Below are positions 38,422-50,046 of a DNA stretch of 64,000 bases, one piece after another; position 1 is the first letter of the stretch; each line of letters opens with the position of its first letter. Both the position numbers and the translations under genes were made by a program. This stretch comes from an uncultured Actinomycetota bacterium (GTDB lineage: Bacteria > Actinomycetota > Actinomycetes > JAFAQI01). The stretch is from contig CAVYQE010000001.1 in NCBI GenBank assembly GCA_963770565.1, positions 672,001-736,000 on the forward strand, written 5' to 3'. The notes under the pieces are model-generated. The model ran no database searches. It was not told the origin of the DNA and saw only the letters and a program-made list of their open reading frames with translations.

Positions 38422-39044
38422 TGCTGGTGCACCCGTGGGATGCCGCGCTCGACACCGATGAGTGGCGCAGTTTCGTTGTGTCCCAAGGGTTTGGGCAGCT
38501 GATCGCGCCTGGACGCGAACGCGAGGTGCCGATCGTCGTACCGACCCAGTTCGTGCTGGAAGGCGAGGAGTTGCTGCTGCATCTCGCGCGGCCGAACCCG
38601 GTCTGGCATGCGATCGACGAGAACGCGACGGTGCTGATGTCGGTGGCCGGCGACTGGGCGTACGTGCCGTCGGCGTGGAAGGCGATCGGCGACGAGGATC
38701 CTTCGCGCGGGATCCCGACGACGTACTACGCCGCCGCCCAGCTGACCTGCGACGCAACCGTCATCGATGACGCCGAGGGCAAGCTCGCCATCCTGCGCCG
38801 CCAGCTCGCCGAGCTCGAGCCGGAGCTGCCGACCGCGGACCCGGAGGTGCACACCCGGTCACTGCCCAACATCCGCGGGTTGCGCCTGGCGATCCGCGAG
38901 GTGAGGGCAAAGTTCAAGTACGGCGGCAACGTCGATCTCGAGCACCGGCTGGCCGTCGCCGACCGGCTGGCAAACCGCGGTGGGCCCGGCGACGAGGCGG
39001 CCCGCACGCGGTTGCTCCGGCGCAGCGAGGTTCCCGGTGAGTGA
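38421..39044 (+). CDS. PaiB-like FMN-binding split-barrel protein
   Basis: HLARPNP, AYV...W, PTTYY, KFK. Confidence 0.8.
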   Translation: MLVHPWDAALDTDEWRSFVVSQGFGQLIAPGREREVPIVVPTQFVLEGEELLLHLARPNPVWHAIDENATVLMSVAGDWAYVPSAWKAIGDEDPSRGIPTTYYAAAQLTCDATVIDDAEGKLAILRRQLAELEPELPTADPEVHTRSLPNIRGLRLAIREVRAKFKYGGNVDLEHRLAVADRLANRGGPGDEAARTRLLRRSEVPGE

Positions 39045-39729
39045 CGCACCGCTTGCCCGCTTCAAGGACCTTTGCCTGGACGCGATCGACCCCGGCCGGC
39101 TCGGGCCATGGTGGGCCGGCGTACTCGGGCTCGCCTGGGACCCGTGGGAGAGCGGTGCGGGCGGGTCACTGGTCGGCCGGACGCCCGGCCACACGATCTG
39201 GGTCGTGGCGGTGCCCGAGCGGAAGGCAGCGAAACAGCGGGTGCATCTCGACCTCTACACCCGCTCGCTCGCCGAGCTCGAGGCGGTGGGTGCGACCGTC
39301 GTCGAGGCGCAGCACGAGGACTGGCGCTGGACGATCATGGCCGATCCGGAAGGCGGGGAGTTCTGTGCGTTCCTCTGCGACGAGCTGCCCGAGGACCTGG
39401 TGCACGGGCTGGTGGTCGATTGCGCCGACCCGGCGCGGATCGCGCGCTGGTGGGCCGAGGTCTACGGTGCCGATCTGGTCGAGCACCCGAGCGGATATTC
39501 GACCCTCGAGCACGTGCCCGGAATGCCGATCTTGACCATGGACTTCGTGCCCGTGCCCGAACCCAAGGCGGTCAAGAACCGGATCCACTGGGACGTCGTC
39601 GCGCCCGATATCGAGGCTCTTGTCCGGTATGGCGCGACCGTGCTTCGCCGGCCGGACGACGAGATCCGCTGGACCGTGCTCGCCGATCCGGAGGGGAACG
39701 AGTTCTGCGCGTTCCCGCCGCCTGATTGA
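39037..39729 (+). CDS. VOC/glyoxalase-like protein, two domains
   Basis: Duplicated K..K.R.H.D and W...ADPEG.EFC. Confidence 0.9.
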   Translation: MSDAPLARFKDLCLDAIDPGRLGPWWAGVLGLAWDPWESGAGGSLVGRTPGHTIWVVAVPERKAAKQRVHLDLYTRSLAELEAVGATVVEAQHEDWRWTIMADPEGGEFCAFLCDELPEDLVHGLVVDCADPARIARWWAEVYGADLVEHPSGYSTLEHVPGMPILTMDFVPVPEPKAVKNRIHWDVVAPDIEALVRYGATVLRRPDDEIRWTVLADPEGNEFCAFPPPD

Positions 39730-39745
39730 GCCGGTCGCGAGCGCT

Positions 39746-39775
39746 TTGACCGGCCGAGTGGGGCGCGGGTAGCCT
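39746..39775 (+). promoter_or_regulatory. Putative rplM promoter
   Basis: TTGACC-18 nt-TAGCCT. Confidence 0.6.
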
Positions 39776-39857
39776 CGAACGGTCGCGTGGGCACCAGCCG
39801 GCGCGGCCGGCGGCACCACGGCCGAATCCCGACTGCGAGACATGCGAAGGCTTCTCT

Positions 39858-40301
39858 GTGCGTACGTTTCAACCCAAGGCCGGCCAGATCACCCGCCAGT
39901 GGCTGGTGATCGACGCGACCGACGTCGTGCTCGGCCGGCTCGCCAGCCAGGCCGCCCGCCTGCTGCGCGGCAAGCACAAGCCGATCTTCGCCCCGCACGT
40001 CGACACCGGTGACTTCGTGATCATCGTCAACGCCGCCAAGGTCGCGCTCACCGGCAACAAGCGCGAGCAGAAGATCGCCTACCGCCACTCCGGCTATCCC
40101 GGCGGCCTGAGCGAGACGCCGTACTCCACGTTGCTCGACGAGCGTCCCGAGCACGTCGTCGAGAAGGCCGTGCGGGGCATGCTGCCGCACACGACGCTCG
40201 GCCGTCAGATGGCCGGCAAGCTCAAGGTGTACGCCGGCCCCGAACACCCGCACGAGGCCCAGCGGCCGGTGCCCTACGAGATTTCACAGGTGGCGCAGTA
40301 G
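39858..40301 (+). CDS. rplM: 50S ribosomal protein L13
   Basis: LGRLAS, GKHKP, HSGYPGG. Confidence 0.99.
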   Translation: MRTFQPKAGQITRQWLVIDATDVVLGRLASQAARLLRGKHKPIFAPHVDTGDFVIIVNAAKVALTGNKREQKIAYRHSGYPGGLSETPYSTLLDERPEHVVEKAVRGMLPHTTLGRQMAGKLKVYAGPEHPHEAQRPVPYEISQVAQ

Positions 40302-40834
40302 TGAGCGAGACAGTGTCCGAAACCGTCCTCGACCCTGATCTGGCGGACGAGGAGTTCGCCGACCTCGAAGACGCGGAGGGCGCGAGCGACGAGGCCGACG
40401 AGCCGGCGCCCGCTCCCGCGCCCGTGCGCACGCCGCGACCGATCGCCGGCGGCCCGGTGGCCGCGACCGGTCGCCGCAAGGAGGCCATCGCTCGAGTCCG
40501 GCTGATCGCCGGCACCGGCGTCTGGACCATCAACGGACGCACCCTCGAGGAGTACTTCCCGAACAAGGTCCACCAGCAGATCGTCAACGACCCGTTCGTC
40601 ACCCTCGACCTCGTCGACCGCTACGACGTGCTCGTCCGGGTCCAGGGCGGCGGCATCTCGGGCCAGGCCGGGGCAGTCCGCCTCGGCATCGCCCGCTCGC
40701 TCTTGCTCACCGACGACGAGGCCCGCCCGCCGTTGAAGAAGGCCGGCTTCCTCACCCGCGACCCGCGGGCCAAGGAGCGCAAGAAGTACGGACTCAAGAA
40801 GGCCCGCAAGGCCCCCCAGTACAGCAAGCGCTGA
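40301..40834 (+). CDS. rpsI: 30S ribosomal protein S9
   Basis: [18 protein letters not shown]. Confidence 0.99.
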   Translation: MSETVSETVLDPDLADEEFADLEDAEGASDEADEPAPAPAPVRTPRPIAGGPVAATGRRKEAIARVRLIAGTGVWTINGRTLEEYFPNKVHQQIVNDPFVTLDLVDRYDVLVRVQGGGISGQAGAVRLGIARSLLLTDDEARPPLKKAGFLTRDPRAKERKKYGLKKARKAPQYSKR

Positions 40835-40842
40835 CGCGAACG

Positions 40843-41392
40843 CTGGCGGCGTTCTCGCGCGCTTGCGTGCCTTAAGCCCGCGGCGCTCCCTGCGGCCTTG
40901 CCATCCTTCGCCTCAGCGCTTGCTGGCCTCGAAGCGCTGAGGGCGCGACTGGCTGCGTTCTCGCGCGCTTGCGTGCCTTAAGCACGCGGCGCTTGCTGCG
41001 GCCTTGCCATTCGCGCCCTCAGCACTTCGAGTTCGGCCAACGCGACTGGCTGCGTTCTCGCTCGCTTGCGGGCTTCAGCACGCGGCGCTTGCTGCGGCCT
41101 TGCCATTCGCGCCCTCAGCACATCGAGTGTGGTCAGACGCGACTGGCTGCGTTCTCGCTCGCTTGCGGGCTTCAGCACGCGGCGCTTGCTGCGGCCTTGC
41201 CATTCGCGCCCTCAGCACTTCGAGTTCGGCCAACGCGACTGGCTGCGTTCTCGCTCGCTTGCGGGCTTAAGCACGCGGCGCTTGCTGCGGCCTTGCCATT
41301 CGCGCCCTCAGCACATCGAGTGTGGTCAGACGCGACTGGGCGTTCTCGCTCTTGCGGCCTTGCCCCTCGCGTCCTCAGCACTTTCGAGTTCG
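40843..41392. repeat. Second tandem array of the structured repeat (96-97 bp)
   Basis: Units at 40944, 41041, 41138, 41234, truncated 41331, lead unit near 40843; same core as array after rpoC. Confidence 0.95.
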
Positions 41393-41442
41393 CCGGCGGG
41401 TGCGGTTCGACCTGGGCGGGACCGATCAGCGAGAGTTGACCG

Positions 41443-42777
41443 GTGACCACACTGTTCGGCACCGACGGGATCCGTGGTGTCGCGGGCGTCGATCTGACCG
41501 CCGACCTTGCGACCTCGGTTGCCGCAGTGGCGGTCGAGGAGCTCGCTGCCGGACAGGATCGGCCGCTTGTCGTCGTCGGCCGGGATCCGCGCTCGTCCGG
41601 CGGATGGCTGCAGGACGCGGTGATCGAGGGCGTGACCGGCGCCGGCGCCGACGTTGCCTTGCTCGGGGTCATCCCCACGCCGGCCGTGGCGCGCGCGGTC
41701 GCCGACGGAGTGCCCGGCATCGACCAGTTGCCCGCCTTCGGCGTCGTGGTGTCGGCCAGTCACAATCCGGCACCTGACAACGGCATCAAGCTCTTCGGTG
41801 CGGGCGGGATGAAGCTCGACGACGACGGCGAGGCAGCGATCGAGGCCGGCGTCGACCGGCACGCGCCACCGAAGCACGCGGACCGTCGCGGCACGGTGCG
41901 CGCCGACCTCAGCCGCGATCATGCGTGGTACGTCGACGCCGTGCTGTCGACTGCTCCGCAACGCCTCGACGGGCTCCGGGTGGTCGTCGACTGCGCAAAC
42001 GGGGCTGCCGCGACGGTCGCCCCATTGGTCTATGCGCAGGCCGGCGCCGACGTCATCGCGATCAACACCGATCTCTCCGGCGAACACATCAACGACAACT
42101 GCGGGGCGATGCACCTGAAGTCGCTGCGCGCCGCGATCGAGGAGAACCACGCCGACGTTGGCATCGCCCATGACGGCGACGCCGATCGCTGCCTTGCAAT
42201 GACGGCGAGCGGCGACGTCGTCGACGGGGACGCGATCGTCGCGGTCTTGGCGCTCGACCTGCAACGGCGCGGCGTGCTGCGCGGCGACGCAGTCGTGGTC
42301 ACCGTCATGAGCAACCTCGGTCTGACTAAGGCACTTCGGAGTCATGGCATCGGTGTCGTCGTCACTCCGGTCGGTGACCGGCACGTCGCGGAGCGAATGC
42401 GCGTCGACGACCTGGTGCTCGGCGGCGAGCAGTCGGGTCACATCGTGCTGCTCGACTATGCGAGCACTGGGGACGGTGTGCTGACCGCACTGCACCTGCT
42501 GTGTGCGGTCGCCGCGTCCGGACGGTCTCTCGCCGATCTGGCGGGCGTCGTCGAACGATTGCCACAGGTCCTCGTCAACGTCACCGTGTCCGACCGCAAC
42601 ACCGCGCTGGCCGCGGCGGCACTCGCGGTCGCCGACGCCGAGGCCGAGCTCGGCGAGGACGGCCGGATCCTGGTCCGCGCCAGCGGCACCGAGCCGGTGG
42701 TCCGGATCATGGTCGAGGCCCCGACCGAGACGGTGGCGAGCGACCTCGCCGCGCGGATCGCCGCAGTCGTGAGCTGA
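41443..42777 (+). CDS. glmM: Phosphoglucosamine mutase
   Basis: FGTDGIRG, SASHNP, DGDADR, GGEQSGH. Confidence 0.97.
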   Translation: MTTLFGTDGIRGVAGVDLTADLATSVAAVAVEELAAGQDRPLVVVGRDPRSSGGWLQDAVIEGVTGAGADVALLGVIPTPAVARAVADGVPGIDQLPAFGVVVSASHNPAPDNGIKLFGAGGMKLDDDGEAAIEAGVDRHAPPKHADRRGTVRADLSRDHAWYVDAVLSTAPQRLDGLRVVVDCANGAAATVAPLVYAQAGADVIAINTDLSGEHINDNCGAMHLKSLRAAIEENHADVGIAHDGDADRCLAMTASGDVVDGDAIVAVLALDLQRRGVLRGDAVVVTVMSNLGLTKALRSHGIGVVVTPVGDRHVAERMRVDDLVLGGEQSGHIVLLDYASTGDGVLTALHLLCAVAASGRSLADLAGVVERLPQVLVNVTVSDRNTALAAAALAVADAEAELGEDGRILVRASGTEPVVRIMVEAPTETVASDLAARIAAVVS

Positions 42778-42812
42778 CCGGGCCCAGGACCGGCGCAGCG
42801 TACGCTCATCGC

Positions 42813-44651
42813 ATGTGCGGGATCGTTGGCTATATCGGGACGAAACCGGCACTCGACGTCATCATCGGCGGCCTGAGGCGACTCGAATACCGCGGCTACG
42901 ACTCGGCCGGGATCGCGATCAACGACGGCGCCGGCCACCTCACCGTGGTGCGCCGGGCCGGCAAGTTGGCCAACCTCCAGCACGCCCTCGACGCCGAGGA
43001 CCCGCAGTCGTTGCGCGGCAGTCTCGGGATCGGCCACACCCGGTGGGCCACCCACGGCGCACCCAACGATCGCAACGCCCACCCGCAGACCGACTGCAGT
43101 GGCGCGATCGCTGTGGTTCACAACGGCACGCTGGAGAACTTCACCGAACTGCGTGAGGGCCTCGAGCATCGCGGCCACGTGCTGACCAGCGACACCGACA
43201 CCGAAGCGGTTGCCCACCTCCTCGAGGAGCGGTACGACGGCGACCTTGCGGCCGCGGTGCGCAGCGTCGCGGCCGACCTCGACGGCTCCTTCGTCCTGGT
43301 CGTCGTCCATCGCGACGAGCCGGAGCTCGTGGTCGGGGCGCGACGCAATCTGCCGTTGGTGGTCGGCCGGGGCGACGGCGAGAACTTCCTGGCCAGCGAC
43401 GTCACCGCGTTCATCGCGCACACCCGCGACGCGCGCGCGATCGACCAGGACCAGGTGGTCGAGCTGCGCCGCGACGGCGTTGTGGTCACGGACCTCGGCG
43501 GCGCTGCTGTCGACGGCGAGGAGTTTCACGTCGACTGGGACGTCGCCGCCGCTGAGAAGGCCGGCTACGACTACTTCATGCTCAAGGAGATCGACGAGCA
43601 ACCCGAGGCGGTGCGCGAGACGCTCGGCGGCCGGCTGGACCCGAACGGCCGGCTGATCCTCGACGAGCTCGCGATGAGCGACGAAGACATCCAGGGACTC
43701 AACCAGGTGATCGTGGTCGGTGCCGGGTCGGCGTACCACTCGGGTCTGGTCGCGAAGTATGCGATCGAGCGGTGGGCGCGGCTGCCGGTGCACGTCGAGA
43801 TCTCGAGCGAGTTCCGCTATCGCGACCCCGTGCTCGACCGACACACCCTGGTGGTGGCGATCAGTCAGAGCGGCGAAACAGCGGACACACTCGAAGCGGT
43901 GCGTCACGCCCGCCGGCAGCGGGCCTGGGTGCTCGCGGTGACCAACACAGTCGGGTCGTCGATCGCCCGCGATAGCGACGCCGCGTTCTACACCCGAGGC
44001 GGTCCCGAGGTTGCGGTCGCGTCGACCAAGGCGGTCATGACGCAACTGGCTGCCGTCTACCTCGTCGGTCTCTACCTTGCGCAGGTTCGCGGCTTCCGCG
44101 ACACCGACGAGATCCGCTCGCACTTCCGCGACCTGGAGCAGATGCCTGCGCTGATCAGCGCAGTGCTCGCGCGGATGGATCCGGTCCGCAAGCTGGCGCG
44201 CGAGATCGCGTCCTCTGAACGGGTGTTGTTCATCGGCCGGCACGTCGGCTATCCGATGGCGCTCGAGGGCGCGTTGAAGCTCAAGGAGCTTGCGTACGTG
44301 TCCGCCGAAGGTTTCCCGGCCGGGGAGATCAAGCACGGTCCGATCGCGTTGATCGAGCGCGGGACGCCGGTCGTCGTGATCGCACCACGCCATGCGCTGA
44401 CCCCGAAGCTGGTGACCAACGTGCAGGAGATCCGCGCCCGCGGGGCGCGCACGATCGTCATCGCGACCGACGGCGACGACAGCATGGTCAAGCATGCCGA
44501 CGACCTAATCGTCATCCCGGACACCAAGTCGTTGCTGTCGCCGATGTTGATGCTGGTGCCGATGCAGGTGTTGGCGGCGGAGTTTGCGATGTCGCGCGGC
44601 CTCGATGTCGATCAGCCGCGCAATCTCGCGAAGAGCGTCACCGTCGAGTGA
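42813..44651 (+). CDS. glmS: Glutamine-fructose-6-phosphate transaminase
   Basis: MCGIVG start, [20 protein letters not shown]. Confidence 0.99.
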   Translation: MCGIVGYIGTKPALDVIIGGLRRLEYRGYDSAGIAINDGAGHLTVVRRAGKLANLQHALDAEDPQSLRGSLGIGHTRWATHGAPNDRNAHPQTDCSGAIAVVHNGTLENFTELREGLEHRGHVLTSDTDTEAVAHLLEERYDGDLAAAVRSVAADLDGSFVLVVVHRDEPELVVGARRNLPLVVGRGDGENFLASDVTAFIAHTRDARAIDQDQVVELRRDGVVVTDLGGAAVDGEEFHVDWDVAAAEKAGYDYFMLKEIDEQPEAVRETLGGRLDPNGRLILDELAMSDEDIQGLNQVIVVGAGSAYHSGLVAKYAIERWARLPVHVEISSEFRYRDPVLDRHTLVVAISQSGETADTLEAVRHARRQRAWVLAVTNTVGSSIARDSDAAFYTRGGPEVAVASTKAVMTQLAAVYLVGLYLAQVRGFRDTDEIRSHFRDLEQMPALISAVLARMDPVRKLAREIASSERVLFIGRHVGYPMALEGALKLKELAYVSAEGFPAGEIKHGPIALIERGTPVVVIAPRHALTPKLVTNVQEIRARGARTIVIATDGDDSMVKHADDLIVIPDTKSLLSPMLMLVPMQVLAAEFAMSRGLDVDQPRNLAKSVTVE

Positions 44652-45004
44652 CGATCGTCGGCATCGGCGTTGACGTCGTCGATCTCGCGCGCTTCGCCAC
44701 TGCCCTCGAACGCACGCCGCACCTGGGCGACCGGCTCTTCACCGACCAGGAGCGCGCGGCTCCGCCGGAGACCGTCGCGGCGACGTTTGCCGCCAAGGAG
44801 GCGGTGGCCAAGGTGCTCGGTGCGCCCGGCGGCCTCGGCTGGCACGACGTCGAGGTGCGTCGGAACGAGGTCGGCGAGCCGACACTGGTCGTGACCGGGA
44901 CAGTCGCCGCCGCTGCCGATGCGGCCGGCATCACCCGCTGGCACGTGTCGCTGTCGCATGATGGCGGCGTCGCGATCGCGATGGTCGTCGCGGAAGGTGC
45001 GTGA
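44648..45004 (+). CDS. acpS: Holo-ACP synthase
   Basis: GIGVDVV, FAAKEA, SLSHD. Confidence 0.96.
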   Translation: MTIVGIGVDVVDLARFATALERTPHLGDRLFTDQERAAPPETVAATFAAKEAVAKVLGAPGGLGWHDVEVRRNEVGEPTLVVTGTVAAAADAAGITRWHVSLSHDGGVAIAMVVAEGA

Positions 45005-46476
45005 TGAGAGCGGCATATGACGCGGCGGCGGTTCGGGCCGCGGAGGCACCGCTGCTCGCCGCCCTGCCTGAGGGCACCGTGATGCAGCGGGCTGCAGCGG
45101 CGCTCGCCCGGCGCTGCGCCGCGCTGCTCGACGGCGTGTACGGGTCGCACGTCGTGGTGCTGGCCGGGCCGGGTGGCAACGGCGGCGACGCGCTGTACGC
45201 CGGCGCGCGCCTCGCGCAGCGAGGCGCGCGGGTTGACGCGCTGCTTCTCACCGAGTCCGTGCTGGCGCCCGCCCTTGCTGCGCTTCGGGACGCGCGTGGC
45301 CGAGCGCAGCTCGCCGGCACCGACACCGATGTCGCGCTGCTCGCCGGCGCCGATCTCGTCGTCGACGGGATGCTCGGCATTGGCGCCACCGGCGCGCTGC
45401 GCGCACCGATGGCGCGCCTCGCCGACGTGCTCGGCACCTGCCCCGCGACGGTCGTCGCGGTCGACGTACCGAGCGGTGTCGACGCCTCGACCGGCGAGAT
45501 CGCCGGTACCGCCGTGCGCGCCGATGTCACGGTGACGTTCGGCGCGCTGAAGCTCGGGTTGGTCGTCTCGCCGGGCGCGGCCTGTGCCGGCCAGGTCGAG
45601 CTGATCGACATCGGCCTGGTCCTGCCGGACGCCGACGCAACGCTGCTCGATGCGGCCGATGTCGCGGCGATGTTGCCGCAGCCGCAGGCGGAGAGCGACA
45701 AGTATCGGCGCGGCGTGGTTGGCATTGCGGCCGGCAGCGACACCTACACCGGCGCGGCGCAGCTCGCCGTCGGCGGCGCGCTCGGACTCGGCGTCGGCAT
45801 GGTCCGCTTCGCCGGCGTCAGGCACCCGACCGAGCTGGTCCGGCAGCGCTGGCCTGAAGCCGTGGTGACGGAGGTCGCACCCGGCGATGGCGCGGCCGTG
45901 CTCGCGGCCGGCCAGGTCCAGGCCTGGGTGGTCGGGTCGGGTCTCGGCACTGACGCCGCCGCAGGTGCGGTGATCGAGGCGGTGCTCGGCGCCGAGGTCC
46001 CGGTGCTGATCGACGCCGACGCGATCACCTGGCTGGGCGAGCACCGCGACCTGTTGCGCGATCGCCGCGCGCCCACCCTGTTGACCCCGCACTCGGGCGA
46101 GTTCGCCCGGCTGATGGGCGCGGATCGCGACGACGTCGACGCGCACCGGCTCGCACAGGTCCGCGCGGCGGCCGCCGACCTCGGAGTCACCGTGCTGCTC
46201 AAGGGGTCGACCACCGTGGTCGCCTCACCGACCGGCCAGGTACGGATCAACAGCGCGTCGACGCCGTACCTCGCGACCGCGGGAAGCGGAGACGTCCTGT
46301 CCGGTGTGTGCGGCGGGTTGCTCGCGGCCGGCCTCGAGCCACTCGACGCCGGCGCCGCAGGGGCGTTCCTCCACGGTCTGGCCGGATTGCTCGCAGCCGG
46401 CAGCCCGGCCGCGTCGATCACTGCGATGGACATCGTGGACCGGCTGCCCGATGCGGTCCGTACGGTGCGCGCTTAG
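45001..46476 (+). CDS. nnr: NAD(P)H-hydrate epimerase/dehydratase
   Basis: [27 protein letters not shown]. Confidence 0.95.
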   Translation: MMRAAYDAAAVRAAEAPLLAALPEGTVMQRAAAALARRCAALLDGVYGSHVVVLAGPGGNGGDALYAGARLAQRGARVDALLLTESVLAPALAALRDARGRAQLAGTDTDVALLAGADLVVDGMLGIGATGALRAPMARLADVLGTCPATVVAVDVPSGVDASTGEIAGTAVRADVTVTFGALKLGLVVSPGAACAGQVELIDIGLVLPDADATLLDAADVAAMLPQPQAESDKYRRGVVGIAAGSDTYTGAAQLAVGGALGLGVGMVRFAGVRHPTELVRQRWPEAVVTEVAPGDGAAVLAAGQVQAWVVGSGLGTDAAAGAVIEAVLGAEVPVLIDADAITWLGEHRDLLRDRRAPTLLTPHSGEFARLMGADRDDVDAHRLAQVRAAAADLGVTVLLKGSTTVVASPTGQVRINSASTPYLATAGSGDVLSGVCGGLLAAGLEPLDAGAAGAFLHGLAGLLAAGSPAASITAMDIVDRLPDAVRTVRA

Positions 46477-46495
46477 CGCACCCGCGATCGGCTAC

Positions 46496-46897
46496 TCACT
46501 TGCCCAGTGTCTGGCGCCACATCGCCGTGTCGTGATGGTTGGTCAGCTTCACGATCTTGCCGTCACGCACGGTGAAGACATGGACGAACGGAGCGTTCAT
46601 GGTGGTGCCGGTCGCCTTCGCGGTGGCCACGACTCGACCGCGGACGATCACCGTGTCGCCGTCGCGGAAGAAGTCCTCGGGCACGAGCTCGAAGGTGTCC
46701 CAGTGCTCGGGCACGGCAGCGAACACGTTCTGCGCGATCGCGTCGTGGCCGACGTGCGTACCGCGACCGGGTACGTGGTCGGCGTCGGTCTCGACCCATT
46801 CGGCACTTGGGTCGATCACGCCCAGTACGGCGGGGATGTCGCCGACGGCGAAGGCGGCGTATGCGTTCTTGATCAGCTCGATCGGGTCAGTGGACAT
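46496..46897 (-). CDS. SnoaL/NTF2-like protein
   Basis: AYAAFAVGD, HVFTVRDGKI. Confidence 0.85.
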   Translation of the reverse strand: MSTDPIELIKNAYAAFAVGDIPAVLGVIDPSAEWVETDADHVPGRGTHVGHDAIAQNVFAAVPEHWDTFELVPEDFFRDGDTVIVRGRVVATAKATGTTMNAPFVHVFTVRDGKIVKLTNHHDTAMWRQTLGK

Positions 46898-46948
46898 GGC
46901 CCGAATGCTTGCTTAGTCCGAGCCGTTCTGGCAACGGTTCGTGCCCCA

Positions 46949-47167
46949 TCAGCCGCGGTCGATCCGATCCATCAGCTCGCGCCGCCTCAGCTCGAGCTGG
47001 CTGATCAGCGCTTCCTGCTGCTCGGCGCCTTCGATCGCCGCGGTCTTGTCCGAGGTCTCCTCCAAGTCGCGGCGCGCGTCATCGGCGATTCCCTGCAGCT
47101 CGGCGATCTGTGCTTCGAGCGCGGCCAGGTCGGCGCGCAGGGCGTCGGGGGAGTCAGGCGTGGTCAT
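46949..47167 (-). CDS. Small coiled-coil hypothetical protein
   Basis: MTTPDSPDALRADLAALEAQIAEL...; heptad pattern, GAGG SD. Confidence 0.65.
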   Translation of the reverse strand: MTTPDSPDALRADLAALEAQIAELQGIADDARRDLEETSDKTAAIEGAEQQEALISQLELRRRELMDRIDRG

Positions 47168-47240
47168 CAGACCTCTTCGTGGGCTCGGGGCGTGGTCGTG
47201 CGGTCCCAGGATTGCACGCCCCACCTGAGACAATGACGGG

Positions 47241-48368
47241 GTGAGTGTCTCTACGGCGCGAATCGACCTCGATGCGATCCGTGCCAACGTCGCCGAGCTC
47301 GACCGCCGTACCGGCGATTCGGCCGTCATGGCGGTGGTGAAGGCCGACGGCTACGGGCACGGCATGGTGGAGTCCGCGCGCGCCGCCCTCGATGGCGGCG
47401 CGACCTGGCTGGGCGTCGCGATGGCGGACGAGGCGCTCACGCTCCGGGCCGCGGGGATCGAGGCGCCGGCGCTCGCCTGGCTGCTCGGGCCGGCCGACGA
47501 CTGGACCGCTGTCGCGGCCGTCGACGTCGACCTGGGGGTCAACGCCCGGTGGGCGCTGGACAAGGCGATCGCGGCCGGCGCGACGACCGGTCGGCCGGCC
47601 CGGGTCCACCTCAAGGTCGACACCGGACTCGGGCGCGCGGGCGCGACGCCGCACGACTGGCCGGACCTGGTCGAGGCCGCCGCCAAGGCGCAGGCCGACG
47701 GAGCGGTCGAGGTGGTCGGGATCTGGTCACATCTCGCGTACGCCGACAGCCCGGCGCATCCGACCATCGATAGACAGCGGCTGGTCTTCGACCAGGCGCT
47801 GGAGGTGGCGAGTGCGGCCGGGATCCAGCCATCGGTTCGCCATCTGGCCAACTCCGCGGCCAGCCTGGTGCGGCCCGATACGCACTATGACCTGGTCCGA
47901 CCGGGGATCGCGGTCTACGGTCTCTCGCCGGGCCCGGAGGTCGGCACCGCCGGAGAGCTCGGCCTCCAGCCGGCCATGACCCTGACGAGTCAGGTCGCGC
48001 TCGCCAAGCGGGTGCCGGCCGGCCACGGCGTGTCCTATGGGCACCGCTATACGACCACCAGCGAGACCACGCTGGCGTTGGTCCCGCTCGGCTACGCCGA
48101 CGGCGTGCCGCGACACCTGACCAACGTCGGCGAGCTGACGATCGACGGGCGTCGCTACCGGATCGCGGGCACGGTCTGCATGGACCAGTTCGTCGTCGAT
48201 GTCGGTGACGATCCGGTCGCCGCCGGCGACGAGGTCGTCCTGTTCGGCTCCGGAGCAAGCGGTGAGCCGACCGCCGAGGACTGGGCGCAGGCGATCGGCA
48301 CGATCAACTACGAGATCGTTTCGCGGGTCGGCGCGCGAGTGCCCCGGACCTATGTGGGGCAACGATGA
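47241..48368 (+). CDS. alr: Alanine racemase
   Basis: AVVKADGYGHG, GYADG, CMDQ. Confidence 0.98.
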   Translation: MSVSTARIDLDAIRANVAELDRRTGDSAVMAVVKADGYGHGMVESARAALDGGATWLGVAMADEALTLRAAGIEAPALAWLLGPADDWTAVAAVDVDLGVNARWALDKAIAAGATTGRPARVHLKVDTGLGRAGATPHDWPDLVEAAAKAQADGAVEVVGIWSHLAYADSPAHPTIDRQRLVFDQALEVASAAGIQPSVRHLANSAASLVRPDTHYDLVRPGIAVYGLSPGPEVGTAGELGLQPAMTLTSQVALAKRVPAGHGVSYGHRYTTTSETTLALVPLGYADGVPRHLTNVGELTIDGRRYRIAGTVCMDQFVVDVGDDPVAAGDEVVLFGSGASGEPTAEDWAQAIGTINYEIVSRVGARVPRTYVGQR

Positions 48369-49429
48369 GCAAGCGGCGGCGGTTCGGGCTGGCGGCCGTG
48401 ACCGCGGGAGTTGCGGGCGCGGCCCTCGGTGGCGCGATCGCCGCCGAGCGCCGGGTCGTCGGCCGCGCGCGCAGCCGACCGGACCCGTTCGTCGACGAGC
48501 CGTTCGGCTTGTTGCACACCGAAGGGATCGACGTGGTCGCCACCGACGGCGTGCCGATCCACGTTGAGGTCGACGGCGATCTGCAGGCTTCGTTGACGAT
48601 CGTGTTCGTGCACGGCTTCACGCTGTCGATGGACTCCTTCCACTTCCAGCGCCGCGATCTCGGCGATCTCGGCCGGCTGATCTTCTACGACCAGCGCAGC
48701 CACGGCCGCTCCGGTCGATCGGCTCCGGAGCACGCCACGATCGACCAGCTCGGACAAGACCTATACGACGTACTGCAGGCGGTCGCCTCCAGCGGGCCGG
48801 TGATCCTCGTCGGTCACTCAATGGGTGGCATGACGATCCTTGCGCTCGCCGACCAGCACCCCGAGCTGTTCGGCGACCGGATCGTCGGGGTGGCGCTGCT
48901 GGCGACGTCGACCGGCGATCTCGCGAAGTCGCTACTGGGAATGCCGGACTGGGCGGCCCGAGTGATCGACCCCGCCGTGCCACAGCTCGCGCGGGTCGTC
49001 CGCAGGCGGGCGAACCTGATCGAGAGCAATCGCAAGCTCGGCAGCGACATCGCCTTCATGGCCACCCGCCGGTTGTCTTTCGGCACCGATGTGCCGCCGT
49101 CGCTGGTGGCATTCATGGAGCGGATGTTGAGCAGCACCTCGGTCGAGGTGATGTCGGAGTTCTTCGACACCTTCCTCTCGCACGAAAAGCTGAGGTCCGT
49201 CGACGTGCTGCGCGACATTCCGGTCCTGATCTCCTGCGGCGAGCGAGATGCACTGACGCCCCTCTCACACAGCGAGGTGATCGCGGCCGCGTTGCCCGAT
49301 GCGGAGATGCAAGCGATCGCCGGCGCGAGCCACATGGCGTTGATCGACCGGTATCCGGCGGTCAACCGGGCGCTACGCCGGCTGGTGGCCCGGGCGACCG
49401 AGCAGTCGCCGAGCGCCGTCGCTGGATGA
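48365..49429 (+). CDS. Alpha/beta hydrolase
   Basis: HGF, GHSMGG nucleophile elbow. Confidence 0.9.
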   Translation: MSKRRRFGLAAVTAGVAGAALGGAIAAERRVVGRARSRPDPFVDEPFGLLHTEGIDVVATDGVPIHVEVDGDLQASLTIVFVHGFTLSMDSFHFQRRDLGDLGRLIFYDQRSHGRSGRSAPEHATIDQLGQDLYDVLQAVASSGPVILVGHSMGGMTILALADQHPELFGDRIVGVALLATSTGDLAKSLLGMPDWAARVIDPAVPQLARVVRRRANLIESNRKLGSDIAFMATRRLSFGTDVPPSLVAFMERMLSSTSVEVMSEFFDTFLSHEKLRSVDVLRDIPVLISCGERDALTPLSHSEVIAAALPDAEMQAIAGASHMALIDRYPAVNRALRRLVARATEQSPSAVAG

Positions 49430-50046
49430 GCCCACGGGTTGCCGATCCGCAGATCGCCGCGATCGCCGCGCGGGCCGCGTCCTGCGACGATCTCGACTCG
49501 ATCGCTGCACTGGTTCGCACCTGCACGGCCTGCCCCGAGCTGGCCGGCACCCGCACGACCGTCGTGGTCGGCGATACGCCGCCATCGGCGTCGCTCCTGA
49601 TCGTCGGCGAGGCGCCCGGTGCGACCGAGGATCTGGCCGGCCGCCCGTTCGTCGGCAAGGGCGGGCAGCTGCTCGACGAGCTGATGGCCGCGGCGGGGCT
49701 GTCGCGCCGGTCGACGGCGGTGCTCAACGTGCTGAAGTGCCGCCCACCCGCGAACCGTACGCCGACCAGGGCCGAGGCGCTGCGGTGCGCCGGTTGGCTC
49801 GATCGCCAGGTCGAGCTGATTGCTCCGTCGCTCGTGTTGACCCTCGGCCGGACCGCGCTTACTTGGGCGCTCGATGGCCGCTCGACGCTCGAGCAGGTCA
49901 GAGGTCGGGTCCATGAGTGGCGGGGTCGAGGGCTGGTGGTGTCCTACCACCCGTCGGCGGCGATCCGGTTCGGGCCGAAGGGTGCTCCGCGGGCGGCCCT
50001 CGAGGCGGATCTACGACTGGTTGCGCAGGCGCTGAAATGCAGCTGA
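49426..50046 (+). CDS. Uracil-DNA glycosylase family 4
   Basis: CTAC, GEAPG, KCRPP.NR, YHPS. Confidence 0.93.
   Translation: MSPRVADPQIAAIAARAASCDDLDSIAALVRTCTACPELAGTRTTVVVGDTPPSASLLIVGEAPGATEDLAGRPFVGKGGQLLDELMAAAGLSRRSTAVLNVLKCRPPANRTPTRAEALRCAGWLDRQVELIAPSLVLTLGRTALTWALDGRSTLEQVRGRVHEWRGRGLVVSYHPSAAIRFGPKGAPRAALEADLRLVAQALKCS

Noticed and set aside
42778-42812. glmS ribozyme
   Set aside because: Only 35 nt intergenic, with a leaderless-type -10 box
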